56,053 nt of DNA from Candidatus Pyrohabitans sp. JdFR-17 (GTDB lineage Archaea > Hydrothermarchaeota > Hydrothermarchaeia > Hydrothermarchaeales > BMS3B). The translations under genes and the position numbers were made by a program. Below the pieces are notes generated by a model. That model searched no databases, was not told where the DNA came from, and saw nothing but the letters and a program-made list of their open reading frames with translations. Numbering within the stretch: the first letter of the stretch is position 1; every line of letters starts with the position of its first letter. Location: contig MTME02000085.1 of assembly GCA_002011115.2 (NCBI GenBank), positions 1 through 56,053 on the forward strand, given 5' to 3'. This document shows positions 36,562-45,864 of this stretch, piece by piece.

Positions 36562-37191
36562 TCACCTCTTACTCACCTCAAAGGCTATGTTCCAGCCACT
36601 GTAGCAGTTGGAGGTACCCCCTATGCAGTCTGAGTAATTGGCTGTAATATTGAGGTACTGGATTGGCTCAATTATTGTGATATTCGCGGCGTGGGTATGG
36701 CAGGATAAACAAGCTTCGTTTGCTCCTCTCAGATAGTCAGCTGTATCCACTCCTGAGGCATTCTTTGCACGCCAATAGAGTGGTCGATGAGCTTCAACCT
36801 GTGAGTTGTTGAACTCTGCATTCACATCCACGCCCGCGGTTATGTAAGTGTTATTTACATGGCACCAAAGACACTCTACTAGAGCAGCACCATGGAACTG
36901 AATATCTTTGTAGTACTCCTCACCCGTTAAAGTGTAAACATCACTCCATTTCACTCTTCCCAGAAATGGATCTGTTGTACCAATATGACAGTCAATACAC
37001 GCAAGATTTATTGACCTGTGGGGCTGGTTGGGATCACTGTTATACTCTGACACAATGTCAGGATGACACTTGCCACAATTAACGCTGCTTCCATTAACAA
37101 ACTGGTGCTGCCCTGTGAACTTTGCTACAACCTGGGGCATAACTAGAAAGGTCACTGCAAGCAGCCCCAATGCCAGGAGTGTTATTCTCAT
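36562..37191 (-). CDS. Exported tetraheme c-type cytochrome B (paralog of A)
   Basis: KFTGQHQF; CGKCH, CIDCH, CLWCH, CLSCH; shares VEAH.PLY.RAKNASGVDT.D.L.GANEAC with A. Confidence 0.92.
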   Translation of the reverse strand: MRITLLALGLLAVTFLVMPQVVAKFTGQHQFVNGSSVNCGKCHPDIVSEYNSDPNQPHRSINLACIDCHIGTTDPFLGRVKWSDVYTLTGEEYYKDIQFHGAALVECLWCHVNNTYITAGVDVNAEFNNSQVEAHRPLYWRAKNASGVDTADYLRGANEACLSCHTHAANITIIEPIQYLNITANYSDCIGGTSNCYSGWNIAFEVSKR

Positions 37192-37267
37192 GTCCTCTTC
37201 TCCTTATCTTCCTGTCCTTACACTATCGATTTAAAATATTTTTGAACATTTCTGAAAAAATTTTATA

Positions 37268-40200
37268 TTACTGGATACCGTGTATGAAGGCATCCATTCC
37301 ATCGTTTGTGCTGCCTCCGTAGTGGCATGTTGCACACTTATCGTCAGTGTAAGGTGCGGTGAGTGTAGAGTGGTTTCCTGTACCCGGTGTGATAACAGGC
37401 GGCTTCTTGCTGTAAAATCTCGTGAAGTAATAGTTGACCGTTAAGGTGTAGTCAGAGTCACTTGTAATATGACAGGAGCCACACCATGTTGTGGTGCCTG
37501 ACCCTATTGTGGCGTTGATTCTCGCCGGGTAGTCTCCGCTCCTGATACCCGCTAACCGAACCGCATAACCGATGGGCAGATTCTCACTGTGGTCTGAGGT
37601 GTGGCAGAATATGCAGGCAGTGTAGTTGTCGCTCCAGTAGGTTGTGCTTCCGTCAGCGGAGATGCCATTGCCGTGGCCTGAGAAGGGCACTTTGACCACA
37701 TTGGTGTAGCCATAGCTGCTCATTAAAGCGTCGAGGGTGCTGTTTACGTGGCAGGTGTAGCACTTTGCATAGCTTTTCTGCTGCTTGGCTATCTTTGCAG
37801 GCACGTATGCCCCACTTTCGGTAAGGTAGGTGACATTGTGCACCTTGTTGGTTGTTCCAACGTGGCAGAGCTTACAGCCCATTCCGTTAACGTGAGTTCT
37901 TCCGCCGGTTATGGGTATGTGGCACGTTCTGCACTCACTATCAAAGCTTGTGTAGCTGGGTATTGTAAGGCTCTGGGTGTGGAGGTTATTGACACTATTA
38001 TGACATTTGAAGCATGGTGCATAGTATCGCCTCGACCTTGCGCTGTGGTCTGGCTGCACCGTCCTGTTGGTATTGGTGAAGAACTGGTTGTAAGCACTGC
38101 TGGTGGTACCACTCTTGTGCTGCTGATGGCAGTAGCCACAGTAGCTCTCATCTTTCTTGGCTTTAAGGTCATCTCTCTTCATCACGTAGTGCGAGGCATA
38201 ACTCTTGTTGTTGTCCACGCTTGTGTAGTGAGAAGGCATCTCATAGTCGAGATTGCTAACCTGATTCTCTCCAAGACTGTGGCAATTGTAGCACTCAGCG
38301 TTGGTCACCTTGACATCCTCACCGTTCTTGTAGTGCTCCTTGACCAGCGGCGCACCAAAGGCTCCGGTAGTGTGGCAGTCTTCGCAGAGCTTGGGTGTGT
38401 TGTAGCCTACAGGATGATCCCCTGAAGGTGGTTCCAGACCATCCTTAGTGTGGCATGCCCAGCACTTCTTATTCTCCGCAGGCAGAGTGGTTACTACGTT
38501 GCTGTTGAGATTCCTGTGAGCCGCATTCGGATCCTCTGTGGCATTGAAGTCAACATCCCACGCCAGTTCGCCCAGATTGTGACAGCTAATGCAGTTGTTG
38601 CCTCCCGAAACACCTTCAGCAACCCTGTGTACAAACTCACGAGTTGTGGTGGAGGTACCTATCAGCCCACCGTGGCATTTGCGGCACTCGCTGTCACTGT
38701 AGCTTGTGTTTGAGATATACCCCCTGCTCAAGTGGTCCCTGTAAGCCGTACCGTCGGTGGCGTTGCTCAAATCCCAGCCGGAGAGATTTACAACCTTAGG
38801 AGAGAAGGCTGAGCCGTTATAGTTCGCTGCTTGGGAGAAGTGACAGCCTGCGCACCAGCTGGTTGAGCTCAGATTTGAGGTGTTCCTAGTAAGCGAATCC
38901 TCTATTAGTGAGACATTGCCCAGAGCATTTGCCCTGTGTCTGCTATCGCCATGGCAGAAAGCACATGCACTCTGCTCGTCGCCTGGCGTCCAGTAGGTCT
39001 GCGATGTCTTATTCCACTTCTGTCCAGCTATTGGGTCATCGCTATGATTTAATGGCGGAATCTGGGAGGCATTCGCAAACTTTCCTCCAAGATTACTACG
39101 ATGGCAGGTGGTGCAGCTAGCGGGTGATGTGGTACCCCATACCTCATATTTACCCGAGCTGTTGAGATATTTAATTCCGTGGATATCCCTTACATTTACG
39201 GTGTTTATATCCCCTGTGTGGCAGTTAACACAATAAACAGTTTCATTCTTTGCTCTGTTTCCTGCGGAATTATGGAGTTGCTTATTGGTGTGGCAGGTCA
39301 TACAGAGTGTGTTGTTTGTGGGTGTGAGAACGGGCTTAGTCAAGCTTTCATCGTGCATTCTGCCAGAACCGTGGCAATCTGCGCACCCAGGGCCACCCAC
39401 GTTGTCGGTGTGGTTAAGCATGTTGTTGTGCGTTGCATCCTGCATTACCAGGTCGAAGCTACTGTTCTGCTGATGGCAGTATACGCAGTTCGCTACACCG
39501 GAGTTGTTGAGCACCGGCGAGATCTTACCATAGTGGTAGGCGCTAAGATTTCCACCATACACACCGTCGCCGTCAGCATCAAAGCTACCGTTGTCAGGGT
39601 CATTAACATTGATTATCCTCAGCTCGGATATGTTTGGATTCTGGTGGCAGTTGAGGCAGCTCTTCAAAGCCGTGTTCGCTCCTGTGGTTGCTACAAGCTC
39701 ACTGCCATTTAGGTAGTGCTCACTCACCATAGGAGCACCATAAGCACCAGCCTTAACTCCTGTGCTGAGGTGACAGTCGGTACATACAAAGGGCGTCTTC
39801 TGCTTGTCGGGATGACCGTCAGGCGGCTGACCGTTACTGCTGTGACAGGCGTAGCAGGGCTCATTCACTTCATAACCTGTGGTGGAGGTGGTGTTTATGT
39901 TGCCGTGCACACCATTCTGTAGAGCCGTGAAGTTGATGTGCTTCGGAGCGGAGCCGCCTAAATCGTGGCAACTCCTGCAGTCAGGGCCTGCTGTTTTGTG
40001 TTTACCATCAATGTTTGCTCCGGGTTGATTCATATCCACACTGTGTACCGTTAGAGCTTTAACACCATACGCATTTGAGCTGCTGTGACAATCTGCACAG
40101 TTAAGAGGAGTAACCCCATCCTGCTGATAGAAGTCCGAAGAACTGTGACATTTCACACACTCGCTGGGTGTCATATTATCGTTTCCATATCCCATGCCGA

Positions 40201-42037
40201 AGGGTATGAGCTTTGTATCGTTGGTGGAGTGGATTGAGGCGTTGGGGTAATAGGTGGTGCCGTTGTATACTATGCTGACATTGTTGTGACAGGAAAGGCA
40301 AGTGAGATTTCCACCACCGGTAACGTTGGCGGCATGTACCTGAGTTACATTCCTGGCTCCTGTGGCGGAGCCATCGTGACATCCTGCCTGGTTACATGAA
40401 GGCGTGGAAGCGGTTATGGTATTATCGTGGGGTGAGCTAACCCCGTGGCAGTTCTGGCAGGTCTTGTTGGCGTTGCCATGGTAAATTGCATTGTTGCTAT
40501 CCCAGCTTGGCACAGGCTGGGCAGCTGCTGACTTTCCACCAACACCTGTAGAGGTGTGGCAGTCCGAGCAGGCAGGGATACGAATATCATGACCGCTAGC
40601 CGAGCCAGTAGCGGTAACGTGGCAGTCCACACAACTTTTGGTTACTGTCTGTCCATGCTGTATATTGCCAACATTCCTCGGCGCTGGAGCACCTGCACCG
40701 TGACAGGAGTTGTCGCCACTTCCGCAGGTGACGCCATAACCAGAACCGCCCACATCCTGAATGGTTACATTGTGACCGTGACCGTGGCAGTAGCGGCAGT
40801 CAACACCTGCGTGGGCATAGGTGGTGTTAACCGTCGGGCTTATTTTAAGTCCTGTTGTATGACACTCGTAGCAGTCCCTGACTTCTGGTACTCCGTTGGC
40901 TGCGCTCAAAGTCGTGCCTCCAACTTTGTGGCAGGTAGCGCAGTTTGTGGCAGGGTCAATGGTTCTGTGATTGAAGTTCGCCGCTGTTACAGTGTTGTGG
41001 CAGTCTGTACAGGCAGGAGAGTCTGTACGGGTGAAATTCGCACCAATTATATTTTTTGCCATCCAGCTCTGAGAAATTCCGTGACAACCCCTATTATAGT
41101 TTCCATATCTGCTTGGTTCACTGCTATTGTATGCTTTATCTGGAGTACCACCCTTAACTATGGAGTAGTCTGGTTGCACACCATAAGCACATCCTGCAAA
41201 AGTAGGTGGTCCTCTGTTGTCTGAAGGACCATACTTGAGAGACTCCGTTTCAAAGATACCATCCCCATCATTATCCTTCCACTCACTGCCACCCGGGGTT
41301 GCAATATATCCCAAACCTTCAATAACACCTGTGTTAGACTCACCCATTATAATGTTGTTTGGATCTCCCCAATATGTTACACCATCGTCCGCACCATAGG
41401 GAAATCTGAAAGGTCCCAAATCTGTGCCAACTGCATCCCCTGCATTCTGGTCAGAAGTTCCATTTAAAATTGTAGGACTTATACCGGTACCACCAGTATT
41501 ACTCCCTGTGATAGGGCTAATCAAATAATCCCAATCTAATGGATAGTCATATTCATCATTCAGTGAATACCAGAGGGCAGAAGCATTGTTTGTATCAAAA
41601 CCCCTGTATATCTCCATTATTGTTCCTTTGTTTTTTGGTGGTGCATCTGGACCTGCTTTCCAGAGAGGCCAATTACCATCGCCGTGCTGCATGTGCACCC
41701 ATCTTGGGAAAGTTGAAGCAGGGACTCTACCTGAACCGGGATGAGGTACGCCTGAGCCTGCAAATGGTCCCTGATTGTTGTAAACCTTATAATCTTGGAT
41801 ACGGTCATACACGCCATCTGGACCGGGACCATTTTTACCACTCATAAGCCCACCAAAAGTCGCATTAATCATATGACATGAACCTGTGGTGCCATCCCCC
41901 TGGGAGCAGCTTAACTGAGGGTTCTCCTCAATCTCAAGGTTGGTGGGTGCCATGATATCATACTTACCAGAGGCGAAGGTAAGGCTTATTGCGATCATTC
42001 CGATGAACAGAATGAGCAGAATGTCACTCTTCTCCAT
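37268..42037 (-). CDS. Giant exported multiheme cytochrome c (34 CxxCH plus atypical motifs)
   Basis: Signal peptide; 34 CxxCH counted by hand; Cx4CH, Cx6CH, Cx9CH; many NxS/T sequons. Confidence 0.95.
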   Translation of the reverse strand: MEKSDILLILFIGMIAISLTFASGKYDIMAPTNLEIEENPQLSCSQGDGTTGSCHMINATFGGLMSGKNGPGPDGVYDRIQDYKVYNNQGPFAGSGVPHPGSGRVPASTFPRWVHMQHGDGNWPLWKAGPDAPPKNKGTIMEIYRGFDTNNASALWYSLNDEYDYPLDWDYLISPITGSNTGGTGISPTILNGTSDQNAGDAVGTDLGPFRFPYGADDGVTYWGDPNNIIMGESNTGVIEGLGYIATPGGSEWKDNDGDGIFETESLKYGPSDNRGPPTFAGCAYGVQPDYSIVKGGTPDKAYNSSEPSRYGNYNRGCHGISQSWMAKNIIGANFTRTDSPACTDCHNTVTAANFNHRTIDPATNCATCHKVGGTTLSAANGVPEVRDCYECHTTGLKISPTVNTTYAHAGVDCRYCHGHGHNVTIQDVGGSGYGVTCGSGDNSCHGAGAPAPRNVGNIQHGQTVTKSCVDCHVTATGSASGHDIRIPACSDCHTSTGVGGKSAAAQPVPSWDSNNAIYHGNANKTCQNCHGVSSPHDNTITASTPSCNQAGCHDGSATGARNVTQVHAANVTGGGNLTCLSCHNNVSIVYNGTTYYPNASIHSTNDTKLIPFGMGYGNDNMTPSECVKCHSSSDFYQQDGVTPLNCADCHSSSNAYGVKALTVHSVDMNQPGANIDGKHKTAGPDCRSCHDLGGSAPKHINFTALQNGVHGNINTTSTTGYEVNEPCYACHSSNGQPPDGHPDKQKTPFVCTDCHLSTGVKAGAYGAPMVSEHYLNGSELVATTGANTALKSCLNCHQNPNISELRIINVNDPDNGSFDADGDGVYGGNLSAYHYGKISPVLNNSGVANCVYCHQQNSSFDLVMQDATHNNMLNHTDNVGGPGCADCHGSGRMHDESLTKPVLTPTNNTLCMTCHTNKQLHNSAGNRAKNETVYCVNCHTGDINTVNVRDIHGIKYLNSSGKYEVWGTTSPASCTTCHRSNLGGKFANASQIPPLNHSDDPIAGQKWNKTSQTYWTPGDEQSACAFCHGDSRHRANALGNVSLIEDSLTRNTSNLSSTSWCAGCHFSQAANYNGSAFSPKVVNLSGWDLSNATDGTAYRDHLSRGYISNTSYSDSECRKCHGGLIGTSTTTREFVHRVAEGVSGGNNCISCHNLGELAWDVDFNATEDPNAAHRNLNSNVVTTLPAENKKCWACHTKDGLEPPSGDHPVGYNTPKLCEDCHTTGAFGAPLVKEHYKNGEDVKVTNAECYNCHSLGENQVSNLDYEMPSHYTSVDNNKSYASHYVMKRDDLKAKKDESYCGYCHQQHKSGTTSSAYNQFFTNTNRTVQPDHSARSRRYYAPCFKCHNSVNNLHTQSLTIPSYTSFDSECRTCHIPITGGRTHVNGMGCKLCHVGTTNKVHNVTYLTESGAYVPAKIAKQQKSYAKCYTCHVNSTLDALMSSYGYTNVVKVPFSGHGNGISADGSTTYWSDNYTACIFCHTSDHSENLPIGYAVRLAGIRSGDYPARINATIGSGTTTWCGSCHITSDSDYTLTVNYYFTRFYSKKPPVITPGTGNHSTLTAPYTDDKCATCHYGGSTNDGMDAFIHGIQ
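37271..39990 (-). repeat. Tandem duplication of a 12-heme module (about 450 aa) within the giant cytochrome
   Basis: Hemes 11-22 parallel hemes 23-34: H.N.N...C.ACH...PP..HP...TP..C.DCH...GAP.V.EHY.NG, YW...AC.FCH, WC..CH, F.H. Confidence 0.8.
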
Positions 42038-42040
42038 CCA

Positions 42041-42934
42041 TCACCACCTCGCTCTGAGCAGAAGCGTGGCAAAGCCAAAGATGCTCAGCAGAGCCGCGCG
42101 CAGCGCACTAGGGAGCATGCTGCCCTGAAATTCACCTGACACAGAAGCAGTTGCACTACCTCGCCCATCCACCCAGTAGGTGTGCCCGTCGCTCACCTTC
42201 ACAATGACCTTGTGATCACCAACCATAGAAGGCGTCCAAGAGCCGGTCCAGATGCCATCATTCTCCGGGTCCGAAAGAGTTAGAGTAGTTTCCCCACCAG
42301 GTCCGGTGATGTACGCAACTACGGTTGGTGCTGCGCTGTTGCCCTCGTTGTCGGTGTAGGCGCCACCTATCAGATTGCCGGCGTTATCCCTGACCTCCGC
42401 CTGGATTGTGGTGGCAACCCCAACCTCTGGAGTGGGTGAAAATGTTATGTTTGTAACATTGAGCTGCCCCCTTACATAGAGATAGAAAGTGGCGGAGTTG
42501 CCGTTGCTGTCAGTAACAGTAACGGTCCACCTGCCCGGGTCGTCATCTGTGCCCCAGGCATACTCTGTGAAGAACTCTCCTTTAGTGGTGCCCTGCCCTG
42601 TTAAACTCAGAACATTATCTCCGGCAGCATCCTGCATCGAAACACTGACAGTGCTCGTGTCAGTAACATACCACCATCCGCAGTCCTGCGACCAGTAATC
42701 CTCTTCCCTAACGTATATCCTGATCTTCTTGTAGCCATAATCATAAAACTGCCTGTCAGCACTGGCGGTGAGGCGGGCATAGTTGTAATAGTTACCAGAT
42801 ACCCAGGTTTGAATATAAACCTGCTGCCAGCCATAACCTCCTGGTCCCTGAGATTCAACAGTACTGGCAGCATGAGCTTCGCCAAGAATTCCAAACAGTA
42901 ATATTATGCCAATAACAAAACGAGCCCATCTCAT
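42041..42934 (-). CDS. Exported Ig-like protein with C-terminal TM anchor
   Basis: Signal peptide ending AHA; PG.W.V.V.D..GN and D...DGIW.G motifs; TM + RAR; 3 bp upstream of the giant cytochrome. Confidence 0.82.
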   Translation of the reverse strand: MRWARFVIGIILLFGILGEAHAASTVESQGPGGYGWQQVYIQTWVSGNYYNYARLTASADRQFYDYGYKKIRIYVREEDYWSQDCGWWYVTDTSTVSVSMQDAAGDNVLSLTGQGTTKGEFFTEYAWGTDDDPGRWTVTVTDSNGNSATFYLYVRGQLNVTNITFSPTPEVGVATTIQAEVRDNAGNLIGGAYTDNEGNSAAPTVVAYITGPGGETTLTLSDPENDGIWTGSWTPSMVGDHKVIVKVSDGHTYWVDGRGSATASVSGEFQGSMLPSALRAALLSIFGFATLLLRARW

Positions 42935-43003
42935 CCTTACCCCTCTTCTACCATTTTCCAATATTCCATCAGGATGCCACCCACATGATACTGATGACCT
43001 CAT

Positions 43004-43246
43004 AGGACTTCTTCGCTATTTAACTTTTATTTAACTTATATAAAAAGTTTTTGTTGTAAATGTGTTTCAACACGCGACAAATTTATAAAATTTTGCATCA
43101 ACAATGAATAACTATATTGGGACTAACTTCGCCTCAGGACAGTTACGATGTAAATATATTATTAAAAAATTTTAAAGATACTTTCTATGTGCTTACCAAA
43201 ATAAATCCCACTAATTAAAAATATACTTTCAATATATTGAATCATA
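43004..43246. promoter_or_regulatory. AT-rich upstream region of the cytochrome operon
   Basis: Long AT-rich intergenic stretch with several TATA-like boxes and palindromes GTGTT-TC-AACAC and TTCAATATATTGAA (43228-43241). Confidence 0.5.
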
Positions 43247-44470
43247 TTAAGTTTCCCTAGAAGAGGTGTGCTTCGCCATCACCTTCGCAAGCTTCGCCGC
43301 AGCCTTTGTGGTCTCCCCATTTCTATCCAAGTGATGGTTGAGCTCGGTTATCTCCTGAAGCACCACCTTAATATTCCTCTTCTCAGACTCTTTATAAATC
43401 AGCTTGAGAGCGTAGAGTACCTCCTCTAGGGTGGCGCCGCGCTTGTCTATGGCTGCGTAAGCCTCCTCTATGGGCATGCCCGTAGAAAACAGGTAGCTGT
43501 TTGCAACCATGCACACCAGTGGCGCAACCTCATTGTATCTGAAGCCGTGGTAGGTGTTCTTTTCAAGAACATCTACATCTATGGAAATAATAATTGAATC
43601 CACTCCGCGCCTTTCAAGCTCATCGAAAAACCTCTTAACATTCTCCTTTGTTTTCTCCTTCGATTTCAGCTCATCCAGGGTGGTTACGTATATATCAGAG
43701 CCCACAAACGGAAGCTCCCTCTTAACAATAACAGTATGCGTCGGGGGCAGATTCTTTGGCCTCAGCCTCACCCCAAGAATTAAAGTATAGTTCACATCAC
43801 CCTCCACCACAGCGGTGCCCACCACCCAGGAATTCTTAATTTCATAGAAGTTGCCATGACTGATTGTCTCATTCTCAGACGTGTATGTGTCTGCATGGGC
43901 ATCAAAAATTATCGCTCCTACTTGCCCGCCTGAGATGTTCTTCGCCGCCCTGGCGAGAGCTATGTAGCTGGCGTGGTGCTCAGCTATGACAACACTTGGC
44001 CTCCTCTCGGCAATTAGCTTGGCAAGCGCCCTGAACCTCGGATCTGCAAGGTACCTGTACTTCTGTATCTCCCCCTCAATGGCATCACGGGTCACATTCT
44101 GCGGATTTCCCCACTCAGGCACCAGCGCAGCGAACGCGGGCCAGCTGCCGTAGTAAAGCTCCCTCTGGGTGAAGCCCTCCATCACCACTACCCTCTCATA
44201 CCTCCAGCCGAGAAGCTCTGCCACCGCATCGGGTGCCTCGCGGGTGTAGTTAACAATAAGCACCTCGTCGAGGTTTGGAAGCCTTCCGCTCTCTACAACC
44301 TTGTAAGCTCGAAGGTTACCACCAGCGGCGACGTCACACCATTCGGGCATGCTGTATATTATACCCAGGGCAGTGTAATCTTGGCCCCGAAGGCAGCCAG
44401 AAAAAATTATCAAAATAACCAGCAAGGCCGGAGCAATTTTACCCATTGTACCCTCTGCCATACTACTCAC
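43247..44470 (-). CDS. Lipoprotein with arginase/ureohydrolase-fold metal motifs
   Basis: Lipobox FSGC (ATG 44446 is an alternative start); AEHH, FDAHAD, SHG, SIDVDVL, EITELN. Confidence 0.78.
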   Translation of the reverse strand: MSSMAEGTMGKIAPALLVILIIFSGCLRGQDYTALGIIYSMPEWCDVAAGGNLRAYKVVESGRLPNLDEVLIVNYTREAPDAVAELLGWRYERVVVMEGFTQRELYYGSWPAFAALVPEWGNPQNVTRDAIEGEIQKYRYLADPRFRALAKLIAERRPSVVIAEHHASYIALARAAKNISGGQVGAIIFDAHADTYTSENETISHGNFYEIKNSWVVGTAVVEGDVNYTLILGVRLRPKNLPPTHTVIVKRELPFVGSDIYVTTLDELKSKEKTKENVKRFFDELERRGVDSIIISIDVDVLEKNTYHGFRYNEVAPLVCMVANSYLFSTGMPIEEAYAAIDKRGATLEEVLYALKLIYKESEKRNIKVVLQEITELNHHLDRNGETTKAAAKLAKVMAKHTSSRET

Positions 44471-45864
44471 CTGAGTAAAATAGTAAGATATATTATAGTA
44501 AAGAGGAATCCGAAGACGTAAACAATGGCTGCGACATCCCTGTTTTCATAGCCCAAATGAAGAGAGGCTGCAATTAAAGCTGCCATACCAAGAGCAAAAA
44601 ACTCTCTCTCACCCAGTAAGGCCATGCCATACGTTGCTGGGAGAATCAGCGCAAGTGCATAACCCTTACCAAAGAGGTTGCTTAAGACCAGAGAAGACAA
44701 CATAACCACCAGGAGAACGGCAGCAGGGCCACTGAAGGGCAGCGAAGATGCGAGGTTGAGAAGAAGGTTCCCAAGGTAAAATCCCGCCCCGCTCTCGTGG
44801 AGAAGTATCATTATAGCAAGGAGAAAGGCAAATGGAATAGCTTTAGAATCCACCTCCACCTCCTTCTTCATCGCCAGAAGCGCTATAGCGAGAATAAGGG
44901 AGGCAATTCCATAACCCAAAAATGAGCCAGCAAGCAGAACAAAACCTAAGGGAAGAGCTGCTCTTGCGTTGAAGGAGATGTTCAAACTTTCCTTAAAATT
45001 CAACGCTCTTGATACAAGGAGGTAAACCAAAAGAAGCGCTATAGCTAGAGGCAGAGAAATGGAGAGCCACCTTATTAGCGCTGCCTCATCTAAAAGCTCC
45101 ACCAGGAACAGGTTGTAAAAGCTGGAAATTGGCAGCAGAAAAGCGCTCGCAGCAAGCGCTGCCGTATACCTGCCCCTCACATACCCTCTGCACTTCTCTT
45201 CTGTAAATACCAAGCCAGAGAGAAAGGCTGAGGTGAAGCTCGAAGCTTCCTCAACGCTTCGCTTATAGTTTATTGAGCTGAGTACAAAGCTGTAGGCCAA
45301 AAAGAAGACCAGCGGATCTCTAAAAACTGCCCTGCTTAAATCCGCGTATCCAAAACTCAATAGAAGGGCGAGGAGACCAAAAGCTCCTGCTAGATGCTCT
45401 GAGATGAGGAAGAGCGCCGCTGATATGGTGAGAATCTGAAGCAGCCTCTTATACTCCCACGTCAGGGCGTAGCCCTCTTCCACCTCAATCTTCTTCCCGC
45501 CAGCCACAACCTCCTCAAAATCAGAGGTTACAAGCTTCTTCCCCTCTTTGAAATAGAACACACCTCTGCCATCCTCAGTAACCACCTGCCCAAGACCCTG
45601 ACGCACACCAACAAGGGAAACCTTTACCCCAAGGCGTTTTTCAGGAGCCTCGACCTGCGTCATGCCCAGCATGAGCTTCTCGCCAGAGAGTGTTGTCAGC
45701 CTTTCTCCTTCGTGGGTGTACACTTCGCCGCCTCTGGCAACGAGAGGCGCGCCCTGATAGAGGAGCACTTTCCCTTCAGAGGTGGTAATCGCCGAAGGTA
45801 TTGCGCTCTGGGTGGAGATAAAAATAAAAGCAATAAGAGCAAGCGCAGCGATAGCTCGCTTCAT
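44467..45864 (-). CDS. Membrane protein with an exported N-terminal domain, possibly transporter-like
   Basis: Signal peptide, about 120-aa soluble beta-rich domain, about 10 TM helices; overlaps both neighbours. Confidence 0.7.
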   Translation of the reverse strand: MKRAIAALALIAFIFISTQSAIPSAITTSEGKVLLYQGAPLVARGGEVYTHEGERLTTLSGEKLMLGMTQVEAPEKRLGVKVSLVGVRQGLGQVVTEDGRGVFYFKEGKKLVTSDFEEVVAGGKKIEVEEGYALTWEYKRLLQILTISAALFLISEHLAGAFGLLALLLSFGYADLSRAVFRDPLVFFLAYSFVLSSINYKRSVEEASSFTSAFLSGLVFTEEKCRGYVRGRYTAALAASAFLLPISSFYNLFLVELLDEAALIRWLSISLPLAIALLLVYLLVSRALNFKESLNISFNARAALPLGFVLLAGSFLGYGIASLILAIALLAMKKEVEVDSKAIPFAFLLAIMILLHESGAGFYLGNLLLNLASSLPFSGPAAVLLVVMLSSLVLSNLFGKGYALALILPATYGMALLGEREFFALGMAALIAASLHLGYENRDVAAIVYVFGFLFTIIYLTILLR

